64,000 nt of DNA from Candidatus Nanopelagicales bacterium (GTDB lineage: Bacteria > Actinomycetota > Actinomycetes > S36-B12 > GCA-2699445). Made by a program: the position numbers and the translations under genes. Where the stretch lies: assembly GCA_030700225.1 (NCBI GenBank), contig JAUYJT010000044.1, positions 18,516 to 82,515 on the forward strand, in the 5' to 3' direction. The notes beneath the pieces were generated by a model. The model was not told where the DNA came from and ran no database searches. It saw only the letters and a program-made list of their open reading frames with translations. How positions within the stretch are numbered: position 1 is the first letter of the stretch; each line of letters opens with the position of its first letter. Below are positions 9,903-18,067 of the stretch, one piece after another.

Positions 9903-9921
9903 TTGATAATGACATTCATAA
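9903..9921. promoter_or_regulatory. Zur box-like palindrome in the znuA/zur divergent promoter region
   Basis: TTGATAATGACATTCATAA is AT-rich and centred on the ATGACAT palindrome. It is close to the actinobacterial Zur operator pattern TTGAAAATGATTTTCAA and lies between znuA (start 9893) and zur (start 9996). Confidence 0.5.
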
Positions 9922-9995
9922 CCGTATCATCCCGCAACGGCCACACGCACGGATCAAGTGACACAATGCCGTGGAACAACTGGGAGGACTGCAGC

Positions 9996-10430
9996 ATGTC
10001 TGACGCGGAGGCTCCAGACAATGCGGGCGTGCGGCTCCCGGGCGCTCTCCGCGCGACCAGGCAGCGGCTGGCGGTGGCGGCGGCACTGGACGACGAGGCG
10101 GCCTTCCGGTCCGCCCAGAGTCTCCACGAGGCGATTCGGGGCCGTGGCGTGCGGGTGGGTCTGACTACCGTCTACCGGACTTTGCAGGCGCTGGCCGACG
10201 CAGGCGAAGTTGATGTAATTCAGCGGGCGGATGGCGAGTCTGTCTATCGACGGTGCGCGGTAGCCGAGCATCACCATCACCTGGTTTGCCGCATGTGCGG
10301 TACGACCGTGGACATAGAGGCCCCTGCGGTGGAACGGTGGGCCGGAAAGGTCGCCGAGCAGCACGAGTTCACCGAAGTCAGTCACTCGACGGAGATCTTC
10401 GGCGTCTGTCCTCGATGCGGCGCTCAGTAG
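9996..10430 (+). CDS. zur: Fur-family zinc uptake regulator
   Basis: ATG 9996 is preceded by GGGAGGA. It has the winged-helix segment LTTVYRTLQALADAGEV and Cys motifs CRMCG...CPRCG. It is divergent from the zinc ABC operon. Confidence 0.8.
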   Translation: MSDAEAPDNAGVRLPGALRATRQRLAVAAALDDEAAFRSAQSLHEAIRGRGVRVGLTTVYRTLQALADAGEVDVIQRADGESVYRRCAVAEHHHHLVCRMCGTTVDIEAPAVERWAGKVAEQHEFTEVSHSTEIFGVCPRCGAQ

Positions 10431-11524
10431 TCGGCGGCGGGAGCCGTCTCCCCTCCCCGCCAGAGCTTGGATTCCGGAACCGGCCGCCTGCGCGAGATCA
10501 GGTAGGCCGCCATCGCTGACAGGCCCGCGATGATCTGAGGCAGGAACCAGATAAGCCTCCACAGCAGATCTGCCGCGACTGCCACTGATCCCGGCGCCCC
10601 GAACGCGACGAGCAATCCGATCAGGGCAGCGTCCACTGTGCCGAGCCCGCCTGGCGTCACAGGTATCGAGACCAGCAGGAGCGCCACGGAGTAGGCAGCG
10701 AAGATCTCGATGATGCTCAGCTGTTCCCCGACGGCGTCCAGTCCCACCAGGGCGAAGAAGAGTACGAACAAGGGCATGATCTGGGCGGCCACGTTTGTAA
10801 CTGTGAGCTGCTTCCACTTCTGCGCCACCAAGCCGTGCGCGTTCTCGCGGAACTCAACCAGCGAGCCAACGAAGTCCGGGGTCTCGCGATGAAGTCGGTG
10901 GAACACAGGGCCGATGAGTCGCTCCGCGAGACGGCCGACCCTTCGAGCGCCGGACTCGCTGCGCAGAACAATCACGATGAGAATCACCGAGACCAGAACG
11001 ACAGCCAGGCCGATGATGGCGATCGTGGCCATACCAGCGGTCGACCGGCCTTCAACCACGAGCAGCGTCACTGCCACTGCCGGCATCCCAAGCGTGAGCA
11101 GATACGTCCACACAGCGTCAGCACTCACTGCCGCTGCGGACAAGGCCGACGGCACACCGTAGCGCGACAACATGGAGTACTGGGTACCTACAGCGATAGC
11201 GCCGCCTCCGGGGATCGCGTTGCTGACGAGAAATCCCGCCTGCCGCTCCGAGAACCCCCTCCAGTAGCCAAGGCGGGGGATGGCCACAAGGACAGTGAAT
11301 GGGTACACCGCGATGTTGGCGAGCCCCGCGACGACGACCGCGAGTATCCAAACCACGGGCATGTCCGCCAGCTCCTTGAGCGCCTCCTGATAGGAGGAGG
11401 CCTGAGGAAGCAGGAGCGCGAAGACAGCCACCACGACGATCACGCCAACCAGCGCGGTGATCACGAATCGTCTGCGACTATGCCGCGTCTTTACCCCGTC
11501 TGGCACGACGTTCTCGGGAGGCAC
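10424..11524 (-). CDS. polytopic membrane protein, UPF0104 / lysyl-phosphatidylglycerol-synthase-like (flippase-like) TM domain
   Basis: About 8 TM helices are preceded by a basic N-terminus KTRHSRRRF. The overall pattern resembles the TIGR00374/UPF0104 family (memory only). Confidence 0.55.
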   Translation of the reverse strand: MPPENVVPDGVKTRHSRRRFVITALVGVIVVVAVFALLLPQASSYQEALKELADMPVVWILAVVVAGLANIAVYPFTVLVAIPRLGYWRGFSERQAGFLVSNAIPGGGAIAVGTQYSMLSRYGVPSALSAAAVSADAVWTYLLTLGMPAVAVTLLVVEGRSTAGMATIAIIGLAVVLVSVILIVIVLRSESGARRVGRLAERLIGPVFHRLHRETPDFVGSLVEFRENAHGLVAQKWKQLTVTNVAAQIMPLFVLFFALVGLDAVGEQLSIIEIFAAYSVALLLVSIPVTPGGLGTVDAALIGLLVAFGAPGSVAVAADLLWRLIWFLPQIIAGLSAMAAYLISRRRPVPESKLWRGGETAPAADY

Positions 11525-11586
11525 GAGTTGATGTTATTGCCAATTCAGTCCACGCTGGCGCGATAGGGAGATCGGAGGGACGCGAC

Positions 11587-12378
11587 ATGGGAATCACCTT
11601 GGCCCACGTTGATGCCTTCAGCAGCGAACCATTCGCTGGCAATCCGGCGGCCGTGTGCTTGCTCCCGCAGCCCAAGGATCCCGCCTGGCTCCAATCCGTC
11701 GCCCTGGAGATGAACCTGTCCGAAACCGCGTTCGTAGTCCGGAGGGGCGGATCAGACTTCGACCTGCGATGGTTCACTCCGACGTGCGAGGTCGACTTGT
11801 GTGGGCACGCGACTCTGGCCAGCGCTCATGTGCTCTGGGAGATGGAAGTCTTGGCCGACTTCGAACCAGCGACGTTCCACACCGCCAGCGGCGTGTTGAC
11901 CGCCTCGAGCCGGGATGAGTGGATCGAACTTGACTTCCCGGCGATCACTGCTCGCCCGTGCCCGCCGCCCGAGGGTCTGCTCGCAGCGCTGGGAATCGAA
12001 GCCGACTATGTCGGGCGCAGCGCATCCGACTACCTAGTGGAGGTGAGCCAGGAGTCCACAGTGCGTCACATCCGGCCCGACTTCGAGCTGCTGAAGCAGC
12101 TTCCGGCCCAGGGAGTGATCGTTACCAGCGCTTCGAACGGGGGCTTCGACTTCGTCTCCAGGTACTTCGCTCCAGCCGCTGGCATCGATGAGGACCCGGT
12201 GACGGGATCAGCGCACTGCTGTCTGGCACCGTTCTGGAGTCGGAAGCTCGGCCGCAGCCGTCTGGTTGGCGAACAAGTTTCCCAACGCGGTGGAATCGTC
12301 CGCGTCACACTGGCCGGTGATCGAGTGAAACTCGCCGGTCAAGCCGTCACGGTTGCCGTCGGCGAGCTCATGATCTGA
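11587..12378 (+). CDS. PhzF-family isomerase
   Basis: The N-terminus MGITLAHVDAFSSEPFAGNPAAVCLL, together with CGHATLA and DPVTGSAHCCL, are hallmark PhzF-family segments. Confidence 0.8.
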   Translation: MGITLAHVDAFSSEPFAGNPAAVCLLPQPKDPAWLQSVALEMNLSETAFVVRRGGSDFDLRWFTPTCEVDLCGHATLASAHVLWEMEVLADFEPATFHTASGVLTASSRDEWIELDFPAITARPCPPPEGLLAALGIEADYVGRSASDYLVEVSQESTVRHIRPDFELLKQLPAQGVIVTSASNGGFDFVSRYFAPAAGIDEDPVTGSAHCCLAPFWSRKLGRSRLVGEQVSQRGGIVRVTLAGDRVKLAGQAVTVAVGELMI

Positions 12379-12393
12379 CCAGACGGCTCCGTG

Positions 12394-12843
12394 TCAGGCG
12401 CAGCCCCACGGACCCCAGCCTGAGCGCTTCCACAGCTTCCACGCCATGTGGTTCTGGGCGAACTTCGGGGCGTTGCTGGCGTAACGCGCGTACCGGCGCC
12501 CGCCTATGCCATTCCACGTCCCGGCTGCGAACTGCCAGGCGCCGTAGTACCCGTTGCCTGTGTTGATCTTGTATCTGCCGCCAGATTCACACCGAACGAC
12601 AGAGCGAGCCTTCGGGGTGCGCGCCCATTTCTTCGAAATCGCGATCCTGCGCAGTGCGGTGCGGCCCAGGTGGTAGCGCTTGATGTGCTTGACCTTGACG
12701 GGCGGTTTCGCCGCCTTCGCTTGGGTCCGCACGGCTGGACTCGCCGCGGGAACTGGTGCCGCCGATGCTGGCGCGGCGGCCAACGTCAGGGCTGATGCCG
12801 ACAATACGGCGGCAAGGGGCATGGCAAGGACGGGCTTTCGCAC
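12394..12843 (-). CDS. secreted Rpf-type transglycosylase-like protein
   Basis: The C-terminal CESGGRYKINTGNGYYGAWQFAAGTWNGIGG is the resuscitation-promoting-factor/transglycosylase-like core. The signal peptide is MPLAAVLSASALTLAAAPASA. GTG 12843 was chosen (AAAGGA upstream); the track ORF to 13050 is an over-extension. Confidence 0.75.
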   Translation of the reverse strand: MRKPVLAMPLAAVLSASALTLAAAPASAAPVPAASPAVRTQAKAAKPPVKVKHIKRYHLGRTALRRIAISKKWARTPKARSVVRCESGGRYKINTGNGYYGAWQFAAGTWNGIGGRRYARYASNAPKFAQNHMAWKLWKRSGWGPWGCA

Positions 12844-13134
12844 GATGATCCTTTGTCGACGGTCCCCTCGCGCGACGCTCGGCCTCTGGGCCGGCCACAC
12901 TAAACTAATCGGGGCTGACACGCGGGGTGTGATCCCGCCGATACGCCGCGGCACGATGCTCGGCCACTGGCGCACGTCCTTCGACCGTAGGCCATGTCGA
13001 GCATGTGGCTCAAGGGCGATCCGTGTGAGCCATCTCGCACCATCACCCACGTTTGAACTGTTGAGCTACCGCGACATCTGGTCCTGGCAGAGCTGGAACT
13101 GCCACTCGCGACAGATCGGAACTGCCCCCGGCGC

Positions 13135-13241
13135 AGAAGCGGCCGCTCCCGACAAACGCGCCCGTTACGCGAAGAAACGTGCGTTACAACGGGCGCGTCT
13201 GTACCCAAACAGTCGCGTTTGTTCGGAACGGCCGTAAAGTC
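13135..13241 (+). other. conserved 107-nt non-coding element, copy 1 (partner at 36212-36318)
   Basis: Ungapped alignment to 36212-36318 gives 81/107 identical bases by hand count, with a 19-nt identical core CAACGGGCGCGTCTGTACC and the block GGAACGGCCG. It contains direct and inverted copies of AACGGGCGCGT(C/T)TGT and lies 82 nt upstream of the 13323 start. Confidence 0.7.
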
Positions 13242-13322
13242 GGCCCGGAGGCGGGTGGAAGCAGGCGCCTTCGGCGGCAGCGGCCGCTTCGACGGACGAG
13301 TGATGGTTCGAAGGGTGGATTG

Positions 13323-14465
13323 ATGAAACAGCGAACGAGCATCCTGACCGCGCTGATCGGACTCCTGGCAGTCGCGACGATCGCTCCAGTCGGCCGAGGG
13401 ACTGGGAGCGCTGCGGCCCGGACTGAGGCGGCCGAACAGTCTCCAGCGACGAGTGCGGCAGTCCTCGAAGGGGAACTCAAGCCGCGCCACATCAGGAGGC
13501 GGACATCGGCCAGGTGGCTGTCTGGCCCTTCAGTCACCAACCAGTCCCGCGACGGCAAGATCGGGCTCATGGCGAGCTCATCATCGCTGATCGTCGCCGC
13601 GCGCAGAGCCATCAAGTCCAGCCCGCTCATCGATGGCCGTAATCCCCGAAAGGCCGAGTTTGGGGAGCCGTACGTTCCTCAGGAATCGTGCGTGCCCATC
13701 GAGCTTCCGGGTGTAGCGGCTTTCAGAGAGTTCCTGCTTGAGGCCTTCCCGCGCCCACCCGAGAGCCTGTGGATCTACAACATCCTTCGCGGATGCGACG
13801 TGCCAGGAGTCAGCGAGCACGAGGAGGGCCGGGCCCTCGACTTCGAAGCCGATCAACGCGATCCAGTGCAGCTCGCCCAGGCCACCAGGTTTCTCAAGTG
13901 GCTGACAGCGCACAAGGGGTACCAGGCCAAGAGATTCGGGATCATGTACGTGATCTACCGGCAGAAGATCTGGGCTTCCTACAAGCCTTACTGGCGGCAC
14001 ATGTCAAGTCGTGGAAACAGGACCGCGAACCATCGTGACCACATCCACTTCTCGTTTACCTGGAACGGGGCGCTGAAGCGGACGAGCTACTGGAAGGGCA
14101 AGACGTCGGCCATGAACTACGGTCCCTGCCCCGTGTGGTCGAATCAGTTCGCCCCGATATCGATCAAGTGGCGCGGGCGCCACCCGAGGACCAGTTCATG
14201 CCCTGGGCGTCCTCGCGTGCCGAGGAAGTGGCGTTCGGCGGCAGCGGCCTCGCTGATGCCATGGAAGTCCGGCGGACGGGTCATGCGTCTCCAGGAGTAC
14301 CTCGTCGAGCAGGGACTGCTCAAGGCCGAGCCAACGGGTACCTTCGGCGCTGCCACCTACAGGGCGATCCGCCGCTGGCAGAAGCAGAACTCGGTTCCAC
14401 GAACCGGGGTCTGGGATGTCCAGACGCAGCACCAGTCGGGCCTTACGTTCGTACGTAACAGCTAG
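13323..14465 (+). CDS. secreted LAS-type (VanY/M15-like) peptidoglycan peptidase with C-terminal PG-binding domain
   Basis: ATG 13323 gives the signal peptide MKQRTSILTALIGLLAVATIAPVG. The LAS zinc motifs are SEHEEGRALD (SxHxxGxAxD) and NHRDHIH (HxH). The C-terminal LQEYLVEQGLL...TGTFGAATYRAIRRWQ resembles PG_binding_1. Confidence 0.75.
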   Translation: MKQRTSILTALIGLLAVATIAPVGRGTGSAAARTEAAEQSPATSAAVLEGELKPRHIRRRTSARWLSGPSVTNQSRDGKIGLMASSSSLIVAARRAIKSSPLIDGRNPRKAEFGEPYVPQESCVPIELPGVAAFREFLLEAFPRPPESLWIYNILRGCDVPGVSEHEEGRALDFEADQRDPVQLAQATRFLKWLTAHKGYQAKRFGIMYVIYRQKIWASYKPYWRHMSSRGNRTANHRDHIHFSFTWNGALKRTSYWKGKTSAMNYGPCPVWSNQFAPISIKWRGRHPRTSSCPGRPRVPRKWRSAAAASLMPWKSGGRVMRLQEYLVEQGLLKAEPTGTFGAATYRAIRRWQKQNSVPRTGVWDVQTQHQSGLTFVRNS

Positions 14466-14741
14466 ACCTGAATCCATCGCCGTCACTCGCCTCCGCGGAG
14501 GCCCCGGTGATGCGAATCCCTGTTGATCAAGCTCGTCCGCGGTCTTCCCTTCCTGAGTGTTCGTCGACGTCCATGATCATCAGAGGATCTGCACCATCTA
14601 GCTGCCTTGGACCTGGAGTAGCGGAGCGACTTCCACCGGAGGGTTCGAAGGTTCGGCCCGACACCGAGTAGCGCTTCAGCGCGCAACCCGCCTTAGCGAT
14701 TGGCATCATCAAAGACAAGGGACCGATTTCAGGAGGCGATC

Positions 14742-15161
14742 ATGGGTTTCGGGCAAGCGATATCTACCTGTTTGCGCAAGTACGTGGTATTCGAAGGCCG
14801 CGCACGTCGGAGCGAGTTCTGGTTCTGGGTCTTGTTTGTGTTCATCGTCGTCGTAGTCGCGGCGATCGTTGACCAGGCGCTTGGCCTGAGGCTCTACCAA
14901 TTCGACACCGTCCAAGGATCTCAGTCATACTCCTTCGCCAGCTCGATCGGGATACTCTCCACGATCGCCTCGCTGGCGCTCTTGCTACCCGGCATCTCTG
15001 TGTCAGTCCGCCGTCTTCACGACTCGAACAACAGCGGTTGGTGGTGGTGGCTGAACCTCCTGAACTTCCTATGCGGACTCGGGGCGATAATCCTGATCTT
15101 CGCCTTCTACATCCGGCCTAGCGACGCCGGTGAGAACAAGTACGGCCCAGCGCCAAGCTGA
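14742..15161 (+). CDS. DUF805-family inner membrane protein
   Basis: ATG 14742 follows CAGGAGG. The GRARRSEFWFWVLF motif, hydrophobic helices and RRLHDSNNSGWWWW are typical of DUF805. Confidence 0.75.
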   Translation: MGFGQAISTCLRKYVVFEGRARRSEFWFWVLFVFIVVVVAAIVDQALGLRLYQFDTVQGSQSYSFASSIGILSTIASLALLLPGISVSVRRLHDSNNSGWWWWLNLLNFLCGLGAIILIFAFYIRPSDAGENKYGPAPS

Positions 15162-15250
15162 TAGTCGCCCCAACCTCGGCGAGCAGAGGCGATTCGGGCA
15201 GTGGCGTCTCGATCACGACGACGACGGAATCGGCGTCGAAGTCAGGCCAG

Positions 15251-15469
15251 CTACTTCTGACCGTCTTGGCGGATAGACCACAGAGCTACGGCGCGTTGTC
15301 TCCACGTCTGCTCAACCCAGATCTGCCTTGCCTTGCGCACCTCGCGCCGACGAATGTGCCTGAACTGCTGGAGCCGTCCCCGATCTGCCATCTCATCGTC
15401 GCCGATGAAGGACCCGGCCGCTTCCAGCATCACGCCTCGGGCGGCCCGAACGAGGTCTCGGTCGATCAT
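15251..15469 (-). CDS. hypothetical small helical protein (uncertain)
   Basis: The 72-aa ORF has only modest third-position GC (25/36 counted) and is barely better than the overlapping plus ORF. No motif was recognised. Confidence 0.3.
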   Translation of the reverse strand: MIDRDLVRAARGVMLEAAGSFIGDDEMADRGRLQQFRHIRRREVRKARQIWVEQTWRQRAVALWSIRQDGQK

Positions 15470-15539
15470 TCGCTCAAGCTAGTGGGACGCGCCACCCAGG
15501 CGCGACGGTGACACGCACGACTCCGAGGGCAACGCGGGC

Positions 15540-15725
15540 TCAACGCCGACGATCGCCTTCCTTGCGGCTGTACACGACAATGAGGTACGCCACCGCGGCG
15601 AACGAGCCCGAATAGCCCAACCACTCCATCCCGACCCGCATGCCGATAACCGTCCCAATGATGCCGAGACCGATGGCGAGCGCCAGCGCGATCACGATCT
15701 GCTTGCCGGTAATAGCGCTCGACAT
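15540..15725 (-). CDS. small two-helix membrane protein
   Basis: The 61-aa ORF has strongly GC-biased third positions (about 50/61 counted), two hydrophobic helices and a basic C-terminus. Confidence 0.6.
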   Translation of the reverse strand: MSSAITGKQIVIALALAIGLGIIGTVIGMRVGMEWLGYSGSFAAVAYLIVVYSRKEGDRRR

Positions 15726-15804
15726 CGCGCCGCCTCTCGCTCGATTGCTCCCGTCCCGAGGCTACCTTCGACACAGCGGAATCAGCGCCGCCACGGCCGA
15801 GCGA

Positions 15805-16818
15805 TCACACGAGAACTCGCGCCACGTAGCCAGCATGGTCGGACGCCCAGAGCGGCGCTGGCCCCGAGCGGAACTTGCGGGCCCCAACTCGTTTCGCTGA
15901 CAGGGTCTCAACGCTGCCATGGGTCAATATCAGGTCGATACGTGAACGCAGCGCCGACTCCGTGTTGGCCAAGTCAGGATCCTGGCAGCACGTCGAACCG
16001 CCACCGCGTTTCCCCGCAGCCACCCAGGTATCGGTGAAGAACTCCCGAGTCAGGAGTGCGTAGGTGTCGCTCATGCGACCGTCCGCGTCAGTATTCAGGT
16101 CGCCGGCAAGGACGACAGGTTGCTCGGGGCTGCCGCTGCCCGCGATCCGCAGTATCTCCTCAGCCTGCGCCCTCTGAATCTCGGAACCGCCGGACTGACC
16201 CAGTGGATTCGATGCGACTTCGAGATGCGTGGCGATGAACCGCAGCTCTGATCCCGCATAGGTCAGGTGAACCGAGGCCCAGCCGCGGTTGAAGTCCAGC
16301 ACGTGGCCGTCGGCGCGGAGGACTCGTTGCGCCTGGAAGTCTCCGTTTCCAGGTGTGTGAAACTCCAGGCCGTCAAGGTTCAGGTCGACGAGGATGACGT
16401 CGCGGTTGCGGAAACCCATCATCTCAACGCCCGGGGCCGTCGGGCCTCCCCGCGCGAACGGTATGCGCAGATCGGCGCCTCTCGTTTGACAAGCGACTCC
16501 GTACTCCATCCCCTCACGACTCAGCTCGTCCAGCAGGATGTCCAGGTAGTCCCCCTCCAGCGGCCCGGCGCCGTCCTGTGAGGCCCAGCTAGCCACCTCA
16601 TTCAGAGCGATCGCGGCCGGCCGCTCGCGGAGGATCGTCCGGGCAATCGCTGCTGCCCTTGAGGGGAAATCTGTGCCAGCGGCTTGCTGGTAAACCACAG
16701 CTGCGGCATCCAGCAACCGCTGTCCCCAGCGGCCCTCAGCGGCGTCCGTGATCACAGACACATCCGCGCCCAAATACAGGTTGTACGTCATCAAACCCAA
16801 GGGGCCACGGCGTTCCAT
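15805..16818 (-). CDS. endonuclease/exonuclease/phosphatase (EEP) family protein
   Basis: MTYNLYLGAD, NEVASW, IATHLEV, LAGDLNTD and SRIDLILTHG match the EEP fold motifs. The start was set at ATG 16818 because the track ORF (to 17151) overlaps the real divergent gene at 16928. Confidence 0.75.
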   Translation of the reverse strand: MERRGPLGLMTYNLYLGADVSVITDAAEGRWGQRLLDAAAVVYQQAAGTDFPSRAAAIARTILRERPAAIALNEVASWASQDGAGPLEGDYLDILLDELSREGMEYGVACQTRGADLRIPFARGGPTAPGVEMMGFRNRDVILVDLNLDGLEFHTPGNGDFQAQRVLRADGHVLDFNRGWASVHLTYAGSELRFIATHLEVASNPLGQSGGSEIQRAQAEEILRIAGSGSPEQPVVLAGDLNTDADGRMSDTYALLTREFFTDTWVAAGKRGGGSTCCQDPDLANTESALRSRIDLILTHGSVETLSAKRVGARKFRSGPAPLWASDHAGYVARVLV

Positions 16819-16927
16819 GGGCCCAATCTTGCTCGAATCGTTACTGCGATTGGTGGAGAAAGCGGGCGAAGCTGTTTGACAGGACGCCGCCTGACCGATC
16901 AAGGTAGATGAGAGGGAAGGGGTACGA

Positions 16928-17407
16928 ATGCTATCCAACAGAGCCGGAAGAGTCGCGATCGCGGCGTCACTCGCAGCGGGCCTGATGGTTCCGACTTGGG
17001 CCGCCACCGCAGCGAGCGGAGCGACCACAAGCGTTGCCGCGCACACGCCAGGGCATGGGGCCGGGACGCACTCCCAGAGCGAGAAGCGGGAATGCAAGGC
17101 AGCCGCTAGGGCCGCCCACAAGGCCGCGCTCAAGGCCGCGCACAAGACCAAGAAGGACGCCTATCGCACAGCGCGCCAGGAGTTCCGCACGGCCACTGAG
17201 GCAGAGCGCGCCGATCTCAAAGCCGCCCTCAAGGCAGCTACTAGCAACGAAGATCGCCAAGCAGCCCGCGAGGCCTTCCGGGACGCCACCGAGACCGAGC
17301 GAAAGGCCCGCAACGCGGCCAGGAAAGATGCCCGTACCGAAATGAGGGCAGCTGTGAAGAGCGCGCACAAGGACTTCCGCGCCGCCAAGAAAGAGTGCCG
17401 CGCCTGA
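16928..17407 (+). CDS. secreted Lys/Ala/Arg-rich helical repeat protein, unknown function
   Basis: RBS GAGGGAAGGGG precedes the start. The signal peptide is MLSNRAGRVAIAASLAAGLMVPTWAATAASG. The mature part is repetitive (KAALKAAHK, REAFRDATETERKARNAARKDAR) and bracketed by RECK and KKECRA. Confidence 0.65.
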   Translation: MLSNRAGRVAIAASLAAGLMVPTWAATAASGATTSVAAHTPGHGAGTHSQSEKRECKAAARAAHKAALKAAHKTKKDAYRTARQEFRTATEAERADLKAALKAATSNEDRQAAREAFRDATETERKARNAARKDARTEMRAAVKSAHKDFRAAKKECRA

Positions 17408-17420
17408 CCGAGTAGCAGAT

Positions 17421-17454
17421 CAACGCCAGCGCACACGCAAGACCACTGGCGTTG
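17421..17454. terminator. hairpin between convergent genes (candidate bidirectional terminator)
   Basis: CAACGCCAG (17421-17429) pairs perfectly with CTGGCGTTG (17446-17454) around a 16-nt loop, between the stops at 17407 and 17463. Confidence 0.4.
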
Positions 17455-17462
17455 AGAAACAC

Positions 17463-17939
17463 CTACTCGAAATGCGCCACAACAGACAATCCGGGGCAGC
17501 GTCTGCCTAATCTGTTCTCGCGAAGATCCATGCTGATTGGAGCGAGATGGCGGTCAACCGGCCAGCGATGCCGAGCGCGATCGCGCTCGGGGCTGAGCGC
17601 GATCACCCCGACGTTCTGGCTGTGTGTCGGTGGCTGCCTCAGCCGTATCCATCCGGCGCATTCACGGGGCGCCACGACCGAGTTCACGCCGCCGAGAGAC
17701 ATGGACTGACTGTCCTTTGGTGGGCAGACCGCACCGTGCATGTCGGTGATTACGTAGGGCCAGCTCGCGGAGGCCTGGCCCCAGGCGCGCGGCCCTCCTA
17801 TGACGTTGCCATGCCAGCAGGCGGCTACCTCCAGGTTCGATCTGGGATCCTGCGTGGCTGGCGTCCCGATCCCAGCGACTCGCTCGTTCTGCGAGCCGAC
17901 GGCGAGGCATTCGACGCCGCACAGTACGGCGGCGATCAT
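17463..17939 (-). CDS. hypothetical protein; 3' third has weak coding signal (possible frameshift or decay)
   Basis: Hand-counted third-position GC in this minus frame is 32/40 (17700-17819) and 31/39 (17821-17939), versus 23/40 for the overlapping plus ORF. The bias falls to 30/46 below about 17600. No family was recognised. Confidence 0.5.
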   Translation of the reverse strand: MIAAVLCGVECLAVGSQNERVAGIGTPATQDPRSNLEVAACWHGNVIGGPRAWGQASASWPYVITDMHGAVCPPKDSQSMSLGGVNSVVAPRECAGWIRLRQPPTHSQNVGVIALSPERDRARHRWPVDRHLAPISMDLRENRLGRRCPGLSVVAHFE

Positions 17940-18067
17940 CCGTACTTCCTGCGCCAGTACCTGACCATGACCAACGCGGACTGCGCGTCCGCCTTGGCCA
18001 GCGCTAGCGCCCGTCGGCCTTCAGCGGACAGTTCGGACCCACCCAACTCAGAAGCCAGCGACGTCAT
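17936..18067 (-). CDS. candidate 43-aa upstream partner ORF, translationally coupled (ATGA)
   Basis: Its stop overlaps the ATG of 17463..17939 (ATGA at 17936-17939). The GC-rich codon position shifts phase by one exactly at this junction (24/26 GC at the new third position up to about 18017). The peptide is MTSLASELGGSELSAEGRRALALAKADAQSALVMVRYWRRKYG. Confidence 0.3.
   Translation of the reverse strand: MTSLASELGGSELSAEGRRALALAKADAQSALVMVRYWRRKYG

Noticed and set aside
14466-14741. 276-nt gap upstream of the DUF805 gene examined for a riboswitch or tRNA-like element (GGTTCGAAGG)
   Set aside because: The T-loop-like string lacks a complementary stem and I recognised no conserved riboswitch blocks. 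Only the palindrome GCCTCCGCGGAGGC (14489-14502), probably a post-gene hairpin, stands out.
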